In this document: positions 10,872 through 24,860 of the stretch, one piece after another
Numbering within the stretch: the first letter of the stretch is position 1
Layout of the letters: the number at the start of each line of letters is the position of its first letter
Origin: Basidiobolus meristosporus CBS 931.73
Taxonomy: Eukaryota; Fungi; Basidiobolomycota
Assembly (NCBI GenBank): GCA_002104905.1
Contig: MCFE01000402.1
Coordinates: 1 to 64,000, forward strand
DNA length: 64,000 bases
Reading direction: 5' to 3'
Program-made: the position numbers and the translations under genes
The notes under the pieces: generated by a model
Seen by the model: only the letters and a program-made list of their open reading frames with translations
What the model was told of the DNA's origin: nothing
Database searches by the model: none

Positions 10872-12485
10872 ATGCTCTCTCCGACTACTGCTGAATCTGC
10901 AGAATGGTTACATTGCAACAGCTGTTTTCGTGATCCCCTATCTTTTGATAAAAGTCTTCACATAGCCCTTCAATATTTGAACGTTACCGAATGTGGACAC
11001 ATAATCTGCCAACAATGCTTTAAGAAGGGTATTTGCTTAACTACAAGCAGAGCAAGCAATGATAGTAACTTTTATTTGTTAAAGATGCCAATAATATGTC
11101 GTCTCAATGTCCTGTGTGCCTTACCATGTGCGCAGCTGTACCACTCGGAGATAAAGTATCTATAATACTTATGATAGTACCCCAAACTATGACCAACTAT
11201 CCAATAGTTCCCTTCCAAAATCAAGCATTTCTTTCGCTCATCAATATCGCCACTTGAGGAGACACTTGAAGTCATGAAAGTACTGCAATGGCTTTGCATT
11301 TGATGTGGCACAAAATTATAAGTATTCAATCATTGATTCTTTAGTTTCAGCACACGAATATGCTGGGTTTGATACGGTTTCTGAAGTCGAAAGTTTCAAA
11401 GCAAAAGGAGGTATTGAACAAGGCAAAAACAGAATTATTAAACATTAAGGACCTTCGCAAGTATGTATACTTTATACGACACCTGTCTATATGCTAACTG
11501 CTCTTCAAGATCAATCCAAACGTTGACTAACGAAAATGAAGCACTGAAATCTCGTTTGGCTGGAGTTCGCAATGCAGTATCAACAAATGATGGGTACATT
11601 TCGTAGTTATATATATATGAAATCGATAAAAATCAATTATATAAACCACATTCTTCCTAGAGGACAAGCTGTCAACCATAAGATTCCCATTACACTACCA
11701 AGCAACTCACAATTTTCGGATAAAGTAACAAATATGTATATCATTGTTCATATGAATATAATTAACCATATTCTTACACAAGACACCTGCAGAAGAAACA
11801 TCTCAACCTAGCAATATATCTCGATTATCCCTTCCAGCACGTGGGCGAAGTTTCACTCCTTCTCCTTTACTCTCGACATCTCCACACTTCAATAGACTGC
11901 CATCTCGTCATACAATAGAGGAATTAGGGGGCTCGAGATGGACTAGAAATTCTCCAAGTTTGATTGATCCGTATGGAGTGTCTGCACAACCTAAAGAGTA
12001 CCAAGCATCAAAGTATCAGCGAAGGTAAAGTCAGGACAGCACCAGCTATGACGGAATATTGACATTATTCTTTGAAGACGCCTGCCAGCTCCGTATGAGG
12101 GTTCTAGGCCCTTAAGCCGCATGTCGGAGCATTCACAACCATTACTTTCTTACCCTGGTAGTTCCAAAGTTCGCAGGCCATGGGTTTATAGTTCTCGTTC
12201 AGACTACAATCAATCTGGAGACGACTTTGATTTGGGCGGAAAAGGTCTGAGGCCCTATACATCTACGACAATACCCTCCCTCCATGAGCCTGGCAAGTAT
12301 CAACGACCCACTAGTGAACGATATTTAAATAGCCAACAGTGTAAGTATTATGACCCCAGCATCTGATTCTACTGTCATTAATGTGCATTCAAGCTCCTTG
12401 GCATCAGCAAGATAGAAGTCCAAGAATAATACGAACACCAATTCTAAGAAATCGTTCGGCTTTTACTAGCAGAGGATATGGTTAA
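10872..12485 (+). CDS. ZIP3: RING-finger meiotic crossover factor, Zip3/Cst9/RNF212 family; multi-exon
   Basis: N-terminal WLHCNSCF...NVTECGHIICQQC...CPVC RING, followed by KIKHFF...LEETLEVMK/FQ, a coiled coil and a low-complexity Ser/Pro/Arg tail. This is the RNF212/Zip3 layout. Confidence 0.7.
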
Positions 12486-12859
12486 TACTGTTATACACTT
12501 TGATATCTATGTCAAGTTCAAGTTCTTGGTTTTTGCTTAGTTTTGTTGTAATAAACGTTTTGTTCAAGTTGCTAACAAAAATTATGACTACGAATGTAAA
12601 GAAACTCGCAACGAGTAAAAAGTGGATAAAGGTGGGAGTCGAGGAAATTTTGAACATACATGGACCACCAAAGGGCCTTGTTTCTATTTACACTCTCATG
12701 ATGAATTGATAAAATGCTCGAGTACTGGATGCTACGAACTAACAGTCACGGGACCAATATAGCATTGAAGCCTAAATCTCCATCACAATGCCAAGCCTAA
12801 TAAATATATATTAGGCTTATTCAAAATTATCGTGAAGGTACAAACGAATATCTGCCCTG

Positions 12860-15800
12860 ATGAGCAGAGATTCACTTTCTGTAGTTGACATGCCACTTTC
12901 GGGTAGATCCAGAAAAGATCGGACCTCTGATGACCAGGAACATGCCGCATTACTGATCGATGATAATCCTGAAGTAATTAATACTTGGGGATCTGACTAT
13001 AAATAATCTTATTAATTCTACTATCAAAACCTAGATTTTACCAAGCACAAGTAGTAAGCAGAAAGGGTCCAGGACAATATTTCTCCCCAGGAATGGTAAG
13101 CATCATGTAGATAGAGGATACAATTTGTCCGGCCATTAATCTGCGTTCTTGAAAGGTTCTTCTGGAAATAAATATCCACCTAATGTCATTCGCAATCAGA
13201 AATACAACGTAGCGACTTTTCTACCCCTGGTTCTTTACGAACAGGTTAGTCGACTCGACACGATATGCTAACTGTATAAGACAGACAACTGACCATACTG
13301 TTGTTAGTTCAAATTCTTCTTCAATCTTTACTTTTTGCTGGTCGCTCTATCGCAGTTCATTCCAGCGTTAAAAATAGGTAAAGGGATTTTGTGGTAGAGT
13401 GGATAAGGTATGAATGCTGAAATGTTTTCTGGTACAACAGGCTATATTGTGACATATGTCGGGCCTTTATGCTTTGTGCTTATTGTGACCATAAGCAAAG
13501 AGGCCTATGATGACTGGAAACGCCACAAACGAGACCAAGAGGCAAACTCACAACAATATGAGATATTGACCCAAGATGGATATCAGTTTATCCCAAGTGC
13601 CAAGATAAAAGTTGGAGATATGGTTGTCCTCAAAAAAGATCAACGGGTAATTGCGGAGCCAGCGTTTTTGCTGAATAGTAATTGATTCCAACGTGCTTTC
13701 AGATTCCTGCCGACTTGATTCTTCTTCGAACTAGCGAAAGCAACGGTGCTTGTTTCATTCGAACTGATCAACTGGACGGTGAAACAGACTGGAAACTAAG
13801 GTACTGCTTTCAGACCAGACAAGTCGAGATTTCAATTACCAAGCCCTATCATAACAGACTAGCCGTTCCTACTTGCCAAAAATTGCCAAACGATAACAAC
13901 TTGCAACAAATCGAAGCCTCCGTTTATGGTTAGATAGCAAACGGCTTAAAGCTTTTTCGCCTACGAATCAATTAACACTAAGGCTTGGTTTAGCGGATGC
14001 GCCTCACAAAGATATTCACAATTTTTTGGGCACATTTACCAGATATTTTCCAAACAATATGGTAACTTCTGTGTATGCATGCGGTGGCTTGATTGCAATT
14101 CGTTAACTCCGTTGTAAACCAGCCTCCCCAGGTAGAAGCCCTCAGTGTCGAAAACACCTTATGGACCAATACTGTGCTGGCTTCCGGTACCGCAGTAGGT
14201 CTGGTCGTTTATACCGGAAAGGAAACTAGGGCTGTCATGAACACAAGCCACCCAGAAACCAAAGTCGGGCTACTGGATATGGAAATGAATAGGATGTCTA
14301 AGGTGATAGTCAATATCCTCGCTTGAACGCTATGCATTTCTCATCAAGGCAAAAATAGATACTTTGCGCGGTAACATTCGTTTTATCCCTGGTGATGATT
14401 GCTTTGAATCAATTCCGAGGCGCTTGGTACATCTACCTCTTCCGCTTCCTTATTTTATTCTCGTCCATCATTCCAATCAGGTAAAGTCCCTTTCTTCTGC
14501 AGCGGTAACTAAAATCTGACGTGACCTTCATATAGTTTACGAGTCAACCTGGACATGGGGAAAACATTCTATTCATATCAGATCACCAAGGACAAACAGA
14601 TCCCTGATACAATTGTGCGGACCAGTACAATTCCGGAAGAGCTTGGCAGAATCGAATACCTGCTCTCGGATAAAACGGGCACCCTCACTCAGAATGGTAC
14701 TTTGATTATCTTAGCCACCTCCCTGTAGCAATATTACTAACACATGAACTGCAGAAATGGAGTTAAAGAAGCTTCATATGGGCACAATGTCATACGGAGA
14801 TGATTCGATGGATGAAGTTCTGCGTCATCTATCCACATATTACGAACGGCAACAGAGTATGATCTGTCGACATTCCACAACGCTGTAAACCAGCTAAAAA
14901 CTCGTTCACTTTAGGCACCGCAGAAAATTCAGTAAACCGCACCAAGAGAACCCCTAGTTTCTCAAACACTAAAGCCCGACGGGATATTGCAACACGTATT
15001 CAAGACATAGTCCAGGCCTTAGCACTCTGCCATAATGTAAGTATATCCCGGGATTTTTCGCATGACTACAGCATTGACTTGGGGAAATCCACTCTATATT
15101 CAGGTCACCCCAGTGGATTCTGATGACGGTTCCATTACCTATCAAGCCTCATCCCCTGATGAGGTTGCAATTGTTCGTTGGACAGAGAAGGTCCAAATGC
15201 CATTAGTTTTCAGGGATCTAAACTCCATGCATATAAGAACACCTGGAGGAAGCACACTTGAATTTGAGATTCTCCAGGTGTTCCCCTTCACTAGCGAGAG
15301 TAAAAGAATGGGCATCATCGTCCGCAACAAGTCCACTAACGAGATCAACTTCTACATGAAAGGCGCTGATGTAGTAATGGCCAAGATCGTACAGTACAAC
15401 GATTGGTAAGCCATTTTACAATAGCGCTTCATACGGAGGAGACTAACGTCCTTTATTGAAGGCTTGACGAAGAATGCGGGAATATGGCTCGTGAAGGATT
15501 GCGCACTTTGGTGATTGGCCGTAAGCGGTTGACGGAAGAAACATATCGTATGTTTGAGAGAAAGTAAGTAGTTCCATTCCATTCCTAATGTGGCCATCTA
15601 TCGCTAACAGCATATTACAGGTACCATGAAGCCAAGGTCAGCATTCACGACCGAAACACTGCTGTACAATCTGTCATATCAAGCATACTGGAGCATGACC
15701 TTGAACTGCTCGGTCTCACCGGTGTCGAAGACAAACTTCAGGTACCAAGTATCCCTCCACCCGCTGGCAACCTCTTTATTAACTGGGTTTTCAACTAGAA

Positions 15801-17744
15801 TGGGGTCAAAAACACCTTGGAATTGTTACGAAACGCCGGCTTAAAGATATGGATGCTTACAGGTACGCGCAAGAATGGCTAGAGGAATTGATAGAGTTGC
15901 TCATATATATTGAAGGGGATAAAATTGAAACGGCCAAGTGTATTTCGGTGTCCTCGAAGTTGGTCCATCGGAACCAAAACATACACATTATCTCCAAACG
16001 TAAGTTCTCGATTTTTTCATGAACGGCTCTCCGTACTAAATAAGATTGGTAACCACCAGTGAAACATCCATCTGCCGTCCCCGATGAACTGGATATCTTA
16101 AGAGTACAAAGCGAAAGCTGCCTGATTATTGACGGCGAATCATTACAAGTGAGCCCATGAACCACGTATTGCACATTCTTCGTGATTACTCATTATCTCC
16201 GCAGGTTTGTTTGGATTTTTGGAAAACAGAGTTTATCGAACTAGCGGTTCGCCTTCCGGTTGTTGTTTGTTGTAGATGCTCGCCAACACAAAAGGAAAGA
16301 TTGGTTTTGGGAGAGCCGACCATGGATGCTTGGGCTAATTTGACTATTGTACAAATAGGCTGACATCACTAGATTAATCCGAGAATACACCAAAAAGCGC
16401 GTGTGCTCCATAGGAGATGGCGGCAACGACGTGAGCATGATCCAGGCTGCCGATGTAGGTTTGTATCATTTTGAAACATGGTTCGCTTGCTACGTGTCTT
16501 TGTTGATTCTTGTGTCTAGGTGTTGGGATCGTCGGAAAAGAAGGAAAGCAAGCTTCGCTGGCCGCTGATTTTTCGATCACCCAATTCAGTCATATCACAC
16601 GCCTACTCTGTAAGTTCGTTTTCTTGACACCTCCGGCTACCCTCTACTAACCCCTTGTGCTAATTAGTGTGGCATGGAAGAAACAGCTGTATCCTTGCAT
16701 GCATTTTACCGCTGTCCTAATTCCTACGCAATCATCAGTTCTTAACTCAGCCCAACAGATAAACGCTCCGCCAAACTCAGCCAGTTTGTCATTCACCGTG
16801 GTCTTATCATTTCCATTATGCAAGCTGCCTTTTCGGCCATCTTCTATTTCGCTCCCATCGCGCTTTACCAGGTATTTCGGAGTTGATTGATTGCCCGGCA
16901 CCTCGTGTACTAAGTATATTATCCCCATCAACACAGGGCATTCTTCTTGTTGGGTGGGTTTGCATACTCTAGTCGTAGCGTAAGGAACTGTTGCTGACCT
17001 TATTCCAAAGATATACCACTTGTTACACGATGTGGCCAGTTTTCTCACTTGTTCTAGACAAAGATGTTAGCGAAGATATTGCCCTTCTCTACCCAGAGCT
17101 ATATAAGGATCTCACCAAGGTGGCTGACAGCAGTGCATATGAGCCATGTCAGTACTGAAACTAAATGCTTGATACTAGGGACGCTCTTTGTCATACAAGA
17201 CATTCTTCACTTGGCTGCTCATTAGCGTGTACCAAGGTTCGTTTGTTCTATCTGATTGTATGTGGCTCAATCGCTCATTCTCGTTATAGGCGGAGCTATT
17301 ATGATGCTTGCCATTTGGCTGTTTGACGCGGAATTTATTCACATTGTATCGATCTCATTCACCGCCCTCATATTCAACGAGCTGCTCATGGTCGCATTTG
17401 AAATTAATACCTGGTACCGTTGACTTGTCTTTTCTTGGGGATTTGCAGATCGATTAATTCCGTCGAGTTCATTAGGCATCCATTTATGATATACTCGGAG
17501 CTTGCATCGATTCTCATTTATATCACGTCCATGATGTTTTTGAAAACTGATTTTGGTAGGCGGTTGTGGTTGACGGCCGGTTTGAAAATTGCTAACGATT
17601 TTTTGGTCAGATCTGGACTTTATCCTCACCTGGGGCTTCGTATGGAAGGTCTCGCTGATCACAGCTGTCAGCAGTCTGCCGTTGTATGCGTTCAAGCTCT
17701 TCAGTAGATGGTACGCTCCTCCAAGCTATTCGAAATTGACGTAG
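12860..17744 (+). CDS. NEO1: P4-type phospholipid-translocating ATPase, Neo1/ATP9 class; about 25 exons
   Basis: [100 protein letters not shown]-terminal PPSYSKLT. Confidence 0.93.
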
Positions 17745-17877
17745 ATAGCACAAATTTCAGTGATGTACACTTGTTTATTTTATTATTTTTGATATCGATC
17801 ACCAAAATAAATCCCCACTTGCCAGAATTCTGGGTAGACATCACTTACGTGCAGCATTATTACATAAAGTATCTTGT

Positions 17878-19384
17878 TTAACTGGATCCATTGTTTCCGC
17901 CTTGGTTACCCATGAATTGTCGAGCCCTATATTCATTGTGGGTTAGCACTGCAAATAATAATATAATAACAACGTGTAGTCAAATCTTACATATTCATAA
18001 GCTCAGGGTTGTTCATCATGTCAGCCAATGGGTTGTCACCGCCGGCTGCGGGGCTACCACCAGCCCCAGGGTTGCCGCCACCCATCATGTTTTGGGCCCT
18101 AAATTCTGTGTTAATAGGAAGCTGCTGGTCAAATTGAAATGAGACTCATACATTTGGGCAATATTGGGGTTGCTAAGAAGTCTTTCCAAGCCACCATTGC
18201 TCATAAGCTGATTCGCCATGTTCATGAAGGCAGGGTTGCTCATCATGGAAGCAAAGTCCATGCCGCCAAGGTTGGGCAGGCCGCCGGCACCTGGTGCAGA
18301 GCGAGCTTGGCTTTGAGGGCCAACCTCTTGCAACTTTTGACGAGCGGTAGCCAAGGCACTCTTCATAGAAGCATTCTCAGGGTCTAGCTCTAGGCCCTTT
18401 TCATAAGCCTCAACCGCCTCCTTGTAGGAGCCTTTAGAGAAGTAAGCGTGGCCCATACGGCTATAAGCCTTAACATAAGTAGGGTCGATTTCTGATGCTT
18501 TAATCGAATCAGCAATGGCACTGTCGTGATCACCTAGTTGGCCGTAAGCAGCAGCTCTTTTGGGGATATCAATTAAAGGGCGAGAATAGGGTAAAGCTTC
18601 GTCAAGGATCTACCTGTTGGCATAGTATACGGAGTTGTTGCTGTCGAGCTCGATAGCTTGGCTATACAACTTGATGGCTTCTTCATAATCTTTCTCCGAC
18701 ACCTTCTTATTTCCTATTGGAGGAAAAGGTAAGTATTGTTGGTCTCATTCAGTTCACTTGCAATACCTACCAGCTTTCTTCAACTCTTCGGCCTTGCTCT
18801 TATCCTCTTCACTGTTTTCGGCTTTCTGTTGGTAAGCGTAGACTGTATCAGAGAAATAGGATCAAGCATTCCGATTGCAAGCAAACAAATTTACCTTGGT
18901 AACTGTTATCGGAAGGAGAATATTACAGCAAAAGGATGGAAGGCTGTTTAACGTAGTTATCCTATAAGAAGAAGGGATGATCTACAAACCTGGCACTTGT
19001 GGTTGGGATGTTGAGCTAGCCTGCAAGTGGTAGATATCTTAATACACAGGAGAGCGACAATCAAGAGGACACAATCTCCACATACTTGCTTTGAGGACAT
19101 TCTGTTTTGTGTCTTGATGAAAACGTCAAAAATACTGGTCAGGGTCGCGGGCTTGGTGGTGTACATAGCTCTCTGTGTCTCATCTTGGGCATCTACGCCA
19201 AATGCTTCACCGATGCACTGCATGGCAACTACGCAGGCTAAGTAAAAAAATCAAAACACTCAACATATAAGAGAAAATTACCTTCAATGCCTTCGACATC
19301 ATCAGCTTTGATGGTACCGTCGTTGACGGATTGTTGTAAAAATTCCAGGATGGAGAAAACCAAACGTTTCTTATTATCACTCAT
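17878..19384 (-). CDS. SGT2: Small glutamine-rich TPR co-chaperone (GET pathway)
   Basis: N-terminal dimerisation domain MSDNKKRLVFSILEFL...VAMQCIGEAFGV, TPRs (...AYFSKGSYKEAVEAYEKGLELDPEN) and an Sti1-like tail MMSNPAFMNMANQLM. Confidence 0.9.
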
Positions 19385-19657
19385 TTGTATGGAAAGAGCT
19401 TAAGCTTAAGAGTGAGGTGGGAGATACGGGGAATTAGGCTTTAATATTCTCGATTTCAATCCAACAATTGGCATGGAATCATCCAGAATATCCGGGTGAT
19501 CTCCTGTTCAGAACTATATGCTTAAGTTAGTGATCATGCCAGTGTTATTGAGTGATGCGCTAGGGAAAATGGTGGTAATTTTTTTCCATATAACTTTGTT
19601 TATTTCTCGTCTCCGACTTTAGCTACCATACTGTGTACTTTCACGTAAACAAACGCT

Positions 19658-22036
19658 ATGGCTGTTAATTCGTATTATGAGCGATGTAGCCCGATCTTAC
19701 AGCGTCGGCTGTACTCCACCGTTTTCCTTATAGTAGCATACGTATATACGTTGCTGTACCTCTGGCAAGCACGTTTTTCGGATGGATTAGGTAGACCAAT
19801 TCACACCTGCCCTTGTTAGCTTATTGTACCTAAACCAATTTCCCTCAGGTTTCTTTTGGAAGTTTTTCTCCATCCGACTTATTTGGTGGTCAGCACTCGT
19901 CTCCTTTTCCCTTGTGACTCTAGTGTTTGCTCGAAAGGTGTTACTTCAGGGTAAACGCATTCACTCTTTGCTCAAATTAGCTGTTAGTCATAGCTAACGG
20001 ACCCTGCTAGTCAAGCGAGATACCGATTCCAGTCTTCTTTCCTCCTTCCTGAGAATCTTCCAGAAGCGTTTCTTGATCATTGGCGCCTTGCATTCCCTTT
20101 CGGCCTTCCTCATATCGTCATATTATTTTGGACTCAAGCGAAATGAGAAATATTACGAACTGTTCAAATATCCTGAAGGGTAAGAGAGGCAAGTCTATTC
20201 AAGGAAACAGGCTGTACTCATTGAATCCAACTTCACAGCAAATATGAGCCACCTAGAATCAATGAGCTCTACCTAGTGGTGTTTTTACACAGCTGCGGTC
20301 TGGCCCTTTACTACACCAGCATCTTTGTTCTGCAAGAGAAGAGCCAGCTTAGATTCCCCATCATCCAGGTATTGTGCCGATGTTTCCTTGCGCCTCGATC
20401 ACGAACTAATCCCAGGCCGATAGCAATCGCGCTTCTTTGCGCTGAAAGGCCGCCTACCAACAATCCTGTATACTAGCGTGAGAATCTCGCTTGTTTATCT
20501 CCGCGGATTCTTCGTCCTGTATCTTCTTTTCGGGCATACAATTCAGAATTGCATCACTTTCGTCCTGGGAATCTTTGTCACGTAAGCACACTCGATCCAA
20601 ATTGACATCCACTCGTGTCTAACACACCACAACAGCGTCACTCCTTACCCGATCTCGAGGGGGATCCTCTTCGACTTTGGCCTAATCACCCGAGTGATTC
20701 TGAGCGGAACCTTGATCACGCTGTGCTGGGAAATTCAAAACCACATCTTCGAAATCTGCTTTACCGAGGTATTTTCAAAACTGCCGCATATCGACATCTC
20801 CATGCTAACAGCCCTCTCTAGCATGTCAACGTTAGTGATATGAATGTCAACCCCAATGCCTGCCTTATATCGGGACTGCAATTGAATTCAAAGCCATACA
20901 TGCAGGTATGTGCCGTCCCTTCGCTCGCAACCATTCATGGTTAGCATATTGATGGTTTTTTGGTTAGCATTTGGCGTATCTGGAGCTCTGGAGGATAGCC
21001 AAGTTTAGCCCTACTCGCCGCTCTTTGATCTTCCGAGACATCGAGAAGAACCCGACCTCCTGGCAACAAATTTCTTCCGAGTGCATTAAAGCAGTCGATG
21101 GACTGACTAGCTCAATCAAGCAACACATGAACAAGCATAAGCCTGGTAAGCTGGCGTTAGCGCATATCTCAGCAATCAGTATCTTAGGCTAACTACCTGT
21201 GTTCCTAGATACTTCCAAGCCAGCTGCTAGCCACAAAGCAAATATCCAGCAGAACTCCTTCTTGAACGATGCATTCCCTCAAAAACACAAAATCGCCAAC
21301 CTCCCTAGCGCTATCCCTGCCAACCCAGGAAGATCTCTTCCCTCCATCTTTGCAAAGCCTGCTGACCCCTTGGTCCAGAAGCCTGAGCATTCACGAATCT
21401 TGGGCCCCAGCGATAACATTTATCAGCCAGTTAATGCTACCACCCAGAATTGGGAAGGAAAGATTCTGTCTCTGATCACCACTCTTATCAAGCGCTGGAA
21501 ATGGGGTCAGGCATTGCTAGTTCAGACCGAGGAAGAGCAGGCAAAGGCGCTTTTCGACAGTATTCAGTTGCAGATCTGGGCTATCCAAGGTATTTGACAG
21601 AGGCTGATGTGACCCCCAACCAAACGAAAGCTAACTTCATTGAGCACAGCTCTCTCTCGCTTCACCGCCACCTCCCTTACCGAAGATTTATATGGCACAG
21701 TCCAGAGAGATATTCCAAGAATTCTGGAGTGCCTGTTGGCTTGTTTGATCACCATTGAGACATTTATCCAGGCCCCACCCATCCATTCCAATCCAGGAAA
21801 GGCACGCGATACTCATCAGCGCCTACAAAGACAGTCGTTCGCAGTTGTCAACGGTAAGCCCCAGTCACTTCGCAGCAAGCGCTCACCTATTGATACTGAA
21901 TCTCGTGCATACATACATAGCCCTGCAAACGTCCATCTACGAGATCACCACCACATTCTACGAGAACCTTTCTGGCTACAAGTTCCCGCCCAAATATGCC
22001 TTAAGACTTCAGTCTTTCATGGACTTCAAGGAGTAA
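19658..22036 (+). CDS. NDC1: Transmembrane nucleoporin Ndc1; multi-exon
   Basis: Hydrophobic N-terminal exons, then AYLELWRIAKFSPTRRSLIF and QIWAIQALSRFTATSLTEDLYGTVQRDIPRIL, which are typical Ndc1 C-terminal motifs. Confidence 0.8.
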
Positions 22037-23095
22037 AATGTACATTCACAGCTTGAACAGACCCATTAAATAGACCTCCCATCAATGTTGCGGGTTGACA
22101 ATGCCAATAAACGCCGTGGGTGGGTGAGATAATGCGAACAGCACTCTTCCTCTCTTATCTTGCCTAACATGATGGTAATGATGCGGATTGGTTTGGCCAT
22201 TAGTTTCTGGCCAATCGATGGAGATCACACCTCGGGCCGGATATGGCAACAGCACGTCACCATATTCTCAGGACGGCAGGACATCCGAAAAGCTCGGCCG
22301 TAACCAGCCCACAACTAGCCACTCAGTCAAACCTTATTATTTGTCAATTGTACAATCACGGTAGTGTTGTTCCGAAACCTACTGCTGTCAAAACATCCTG
22401 CTGGTTGGCCAGGCATTCATATAGATCACATATACAAAAGCATTTATAAGATAGAATACATACAGATAGGCACATTGACACTTGGTGTAACCGGCGCGGC
22501 TAATTCAGCAAAGAGTTTCGGTATGAGATACAGAAACAGCGAATCTGTGCCATGCAGGAATAACTCCCACCATGGGTGGATGGTGGATGGTGAATGGGTT
22601 ACGCTCGCCGTGGATCGAACTGAGCCATTTGGTTTGGTTTGGTTTGGAATTTACTAATCTTCATATGACTGTCATTGTGTATGCATACTCCGGATGTGAT
22701 TCATTCGCCGTGCATTCCGATAATTCACCCAGCAAGTGCACCAGTCCCCCGCTGAAGCGTGGAAAAGTTATCAAATTGATGGTTACCCACAATGAGAGGG
22801 GGGTTAGGTAGGTGAGAAATTACTGCTTTCTTGGCCGGAAATTAATCAGCAATCCGTTGAAAACCCATCGGAAATATCCCTGTCAATACGGACACATGAT
22901 AACCAACTCTGCCAAACCTCGGCACATGACGTTGCTTCAGGTGGATAAAAAGGGGCTGCTTCTCCGTGGATGGTTGTATTTCCAGCTATCTGTGCCTTCT
23001 TCTGCTACGGCAACCGTAACTGTAGCGACCAACCACCCCAACCGGAAATCCACTCCTAACTCAGCGCTCGGTTCAGCCTTCCCTTCATCTACACC

Positions 23096-24152
23096 ATGTC
23101 CAAAGATAACCAGAAAAAGTCGATCTCCACCCATTTGATCGCCGGTGGCAGTGCCGGTTTCGTCGAGGCGTTGACATGCCATCCGTTAGATACGATTAAG
23201 GTTAGAATGCAGTTGAGAACAAAGTCCGCCGCCCAGGGACAGCCTCGCAACTTTGTTGGCGTCGGCATTCGCATCATCAAGAAGGAGGGTGCCTTGGCGC
23301 TTTACAAGGGTCTTGGGGCGGTTGTCACTGGTATCGTGCCCAAGATGGCCATTCGATTCTCCAGTTTCGAGATCTACAAGTCGTGGTTGGCCAATAAGGA
23401 AACCGGCAAGGTTTCTACTGGTGCCACCTTCATCGGTAAGCCATCCTTTTGAAGGATTTGCGAGGCGTTACTAACTTTCGAGTGTCTAGCTGGTCTTGCC
23501 GCTGGTGTGACCGAGTCTATCTTTGTGGTGTGCCCAATGGAGGTGGTTAAGATTCGCCTACAAGCTCAACGCCATTCCATGATGGACCCATTAGATGTTC
23601 CCAAGTATCGTAATGCTGGACATGCCGCCTACACCATAGTCAAGGAGGAGGGTATCGGCGCTCTCTACAAGGGAGTCACCCTGACTTGTCTGCGTCAAGG
23701 TAACTAATACGCTGCTGATGATGCATAAGAGCGGAAACTCAAACTGACTTATCTTTTTAGCTACCAACCAGGGTGTCAACTTTACTGTCTACCAAGAGGT
23801 CAAGAAGGTACTCTTGGCTAAGCAGGACTTGAAGGAACTCCCCAGTTACCAAGCCTTGATCGTCGGTGGTCTTAGTGGTGCCATGGGGCCTATCAGTAAC
23901 GCACCCATCGATACCATCAAGACTCGTATCCAACGTGCTCCCAACCCAGCTGGCCAATCTGGTTGGACTCGCTTCACTTCGGTCACCGGCAGCATCATCA
24001 AGAACGAGGGCTACAGAGCTTTCTACAAGGGACTGACCCCCCGTCTCCTTCGTGTCGCCCCTGGCCAAGCCATCACCTTCATGGTGTACGAGAAGGTCCG
24101 GCAATGGATTGACCTTTGGTCCAGTTTGATGGAGCAAAGCCAGCAAGCTTAG
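23096..24152 (+). CDS. SFC1: Mitochondrial succinate/fumarate carrier; 3 exons
   Basis: Three carrier signatures (CHPLDTIKVRMQ, CPMEVVKIRLQAQ, NAPIDTIKTRIQ). QAQRHSMMDPLDVPKYRNAGHA is characteristic of Sfc1/Acr1 orthologues. Confidence 0.88.
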
Positions 24153-24292
24153 AGTAGTACCAATCATCTCCAATGCACTTCTTCCCCCCCCAATCATTCA
24201 TAATGTATCACCTTCCGACATCTTCCTTGATTTGCTATGAACACTTCATACACAGGCATATATATACCGCAGAATGCACTTAAAATAAACTG

Positions 24293-24860
24293 CTATTCAT
24301 GAACCAGCCACGCGGAACCGACTGAAACCCATCCAAATCCAGCAGGTAACCTCATATACTTGCAATGTTTCTCAGGCGCGCCTTTAGGCATGAGGCAGTA
24401 GCTGAAGTCAGGAATCGAACGATCGCAATGGAACCTTCCATTTCGGATACATGTCCTAGCCCAACCCAGCTTTTCGATTGTACAGCATCCACAAGGGAAT
24501 AAATGTGCCCAACTGATCGTTGAATTAGTGCTGGGTCACTTATATGCCAGCACTCGTATCTACCTTACTTGGCGGTCGGGTTCATTTCCTAGCCTAACGA
24601 CATCTCCATCATCAATATAATATGTTGATCAACTTCTGCATGAATTCTGGTTGTTCAATTACTTGGATGCTACACCAATCAAGATGACCCATCATGTTGT
24701 TCAGCATGCTCACCTGTTGACACAGGACTGTCACCTCACCAAGAACCGCCAAATCATCTTCGGCAGAGATTCGCAACGATCGTTTAGTGAACATTGGGGG
24801 GGGGTGCACAAAGACATGAGAGGGTACTTTTCTATCATTTAGTTGTAAGCAAGTTCTCAT
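24293..24860 (-). CDS. Candidate small Cys-rich protein (~97 aa) with micro-exons; missed by the ORF track
   Basis: Strong donors CAG|GTGAGC (24713) and CAA|GTAAGG (24568), and a CTAAT branch with CAG acceptor (24513). Exons 24860-24828, 24727-24714, 24669-24663, 24588-24569 and 24512-24293 join without stops. The exon model is one of several possible. Confidence 0.3.

Noticed and set aside
22243-23280. Short ORFs between NDC1 and SFC1
   Set aside because: No splice pattern or homology; consistent with promoter/5' UTR DNA and antisense overlap.
24400-24472. GTTCGATTCC B-box-like string and a GGAAGGTTCC hairpin on the minus strand
   Set aside because: The T-stem does not pair and there is no cloverleaf, so it is not a tRNA. 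The palindrome is too short to call a heat-shock element or ncRNA.
24629-24735. Possible selenocysteine readings (C-R-S-TGA at 24629-24631, or TGA-Q-S-C near 24730) under other splice choices
   Set aside because: A stop-free splice model exists, the surrounding sequence does not match SelH/T/W/U or thioredoxin-like folds, and I saw no convincing SECIS. SECISearch and a check for tRNA-Sec/EFsec in the genome would settle it.
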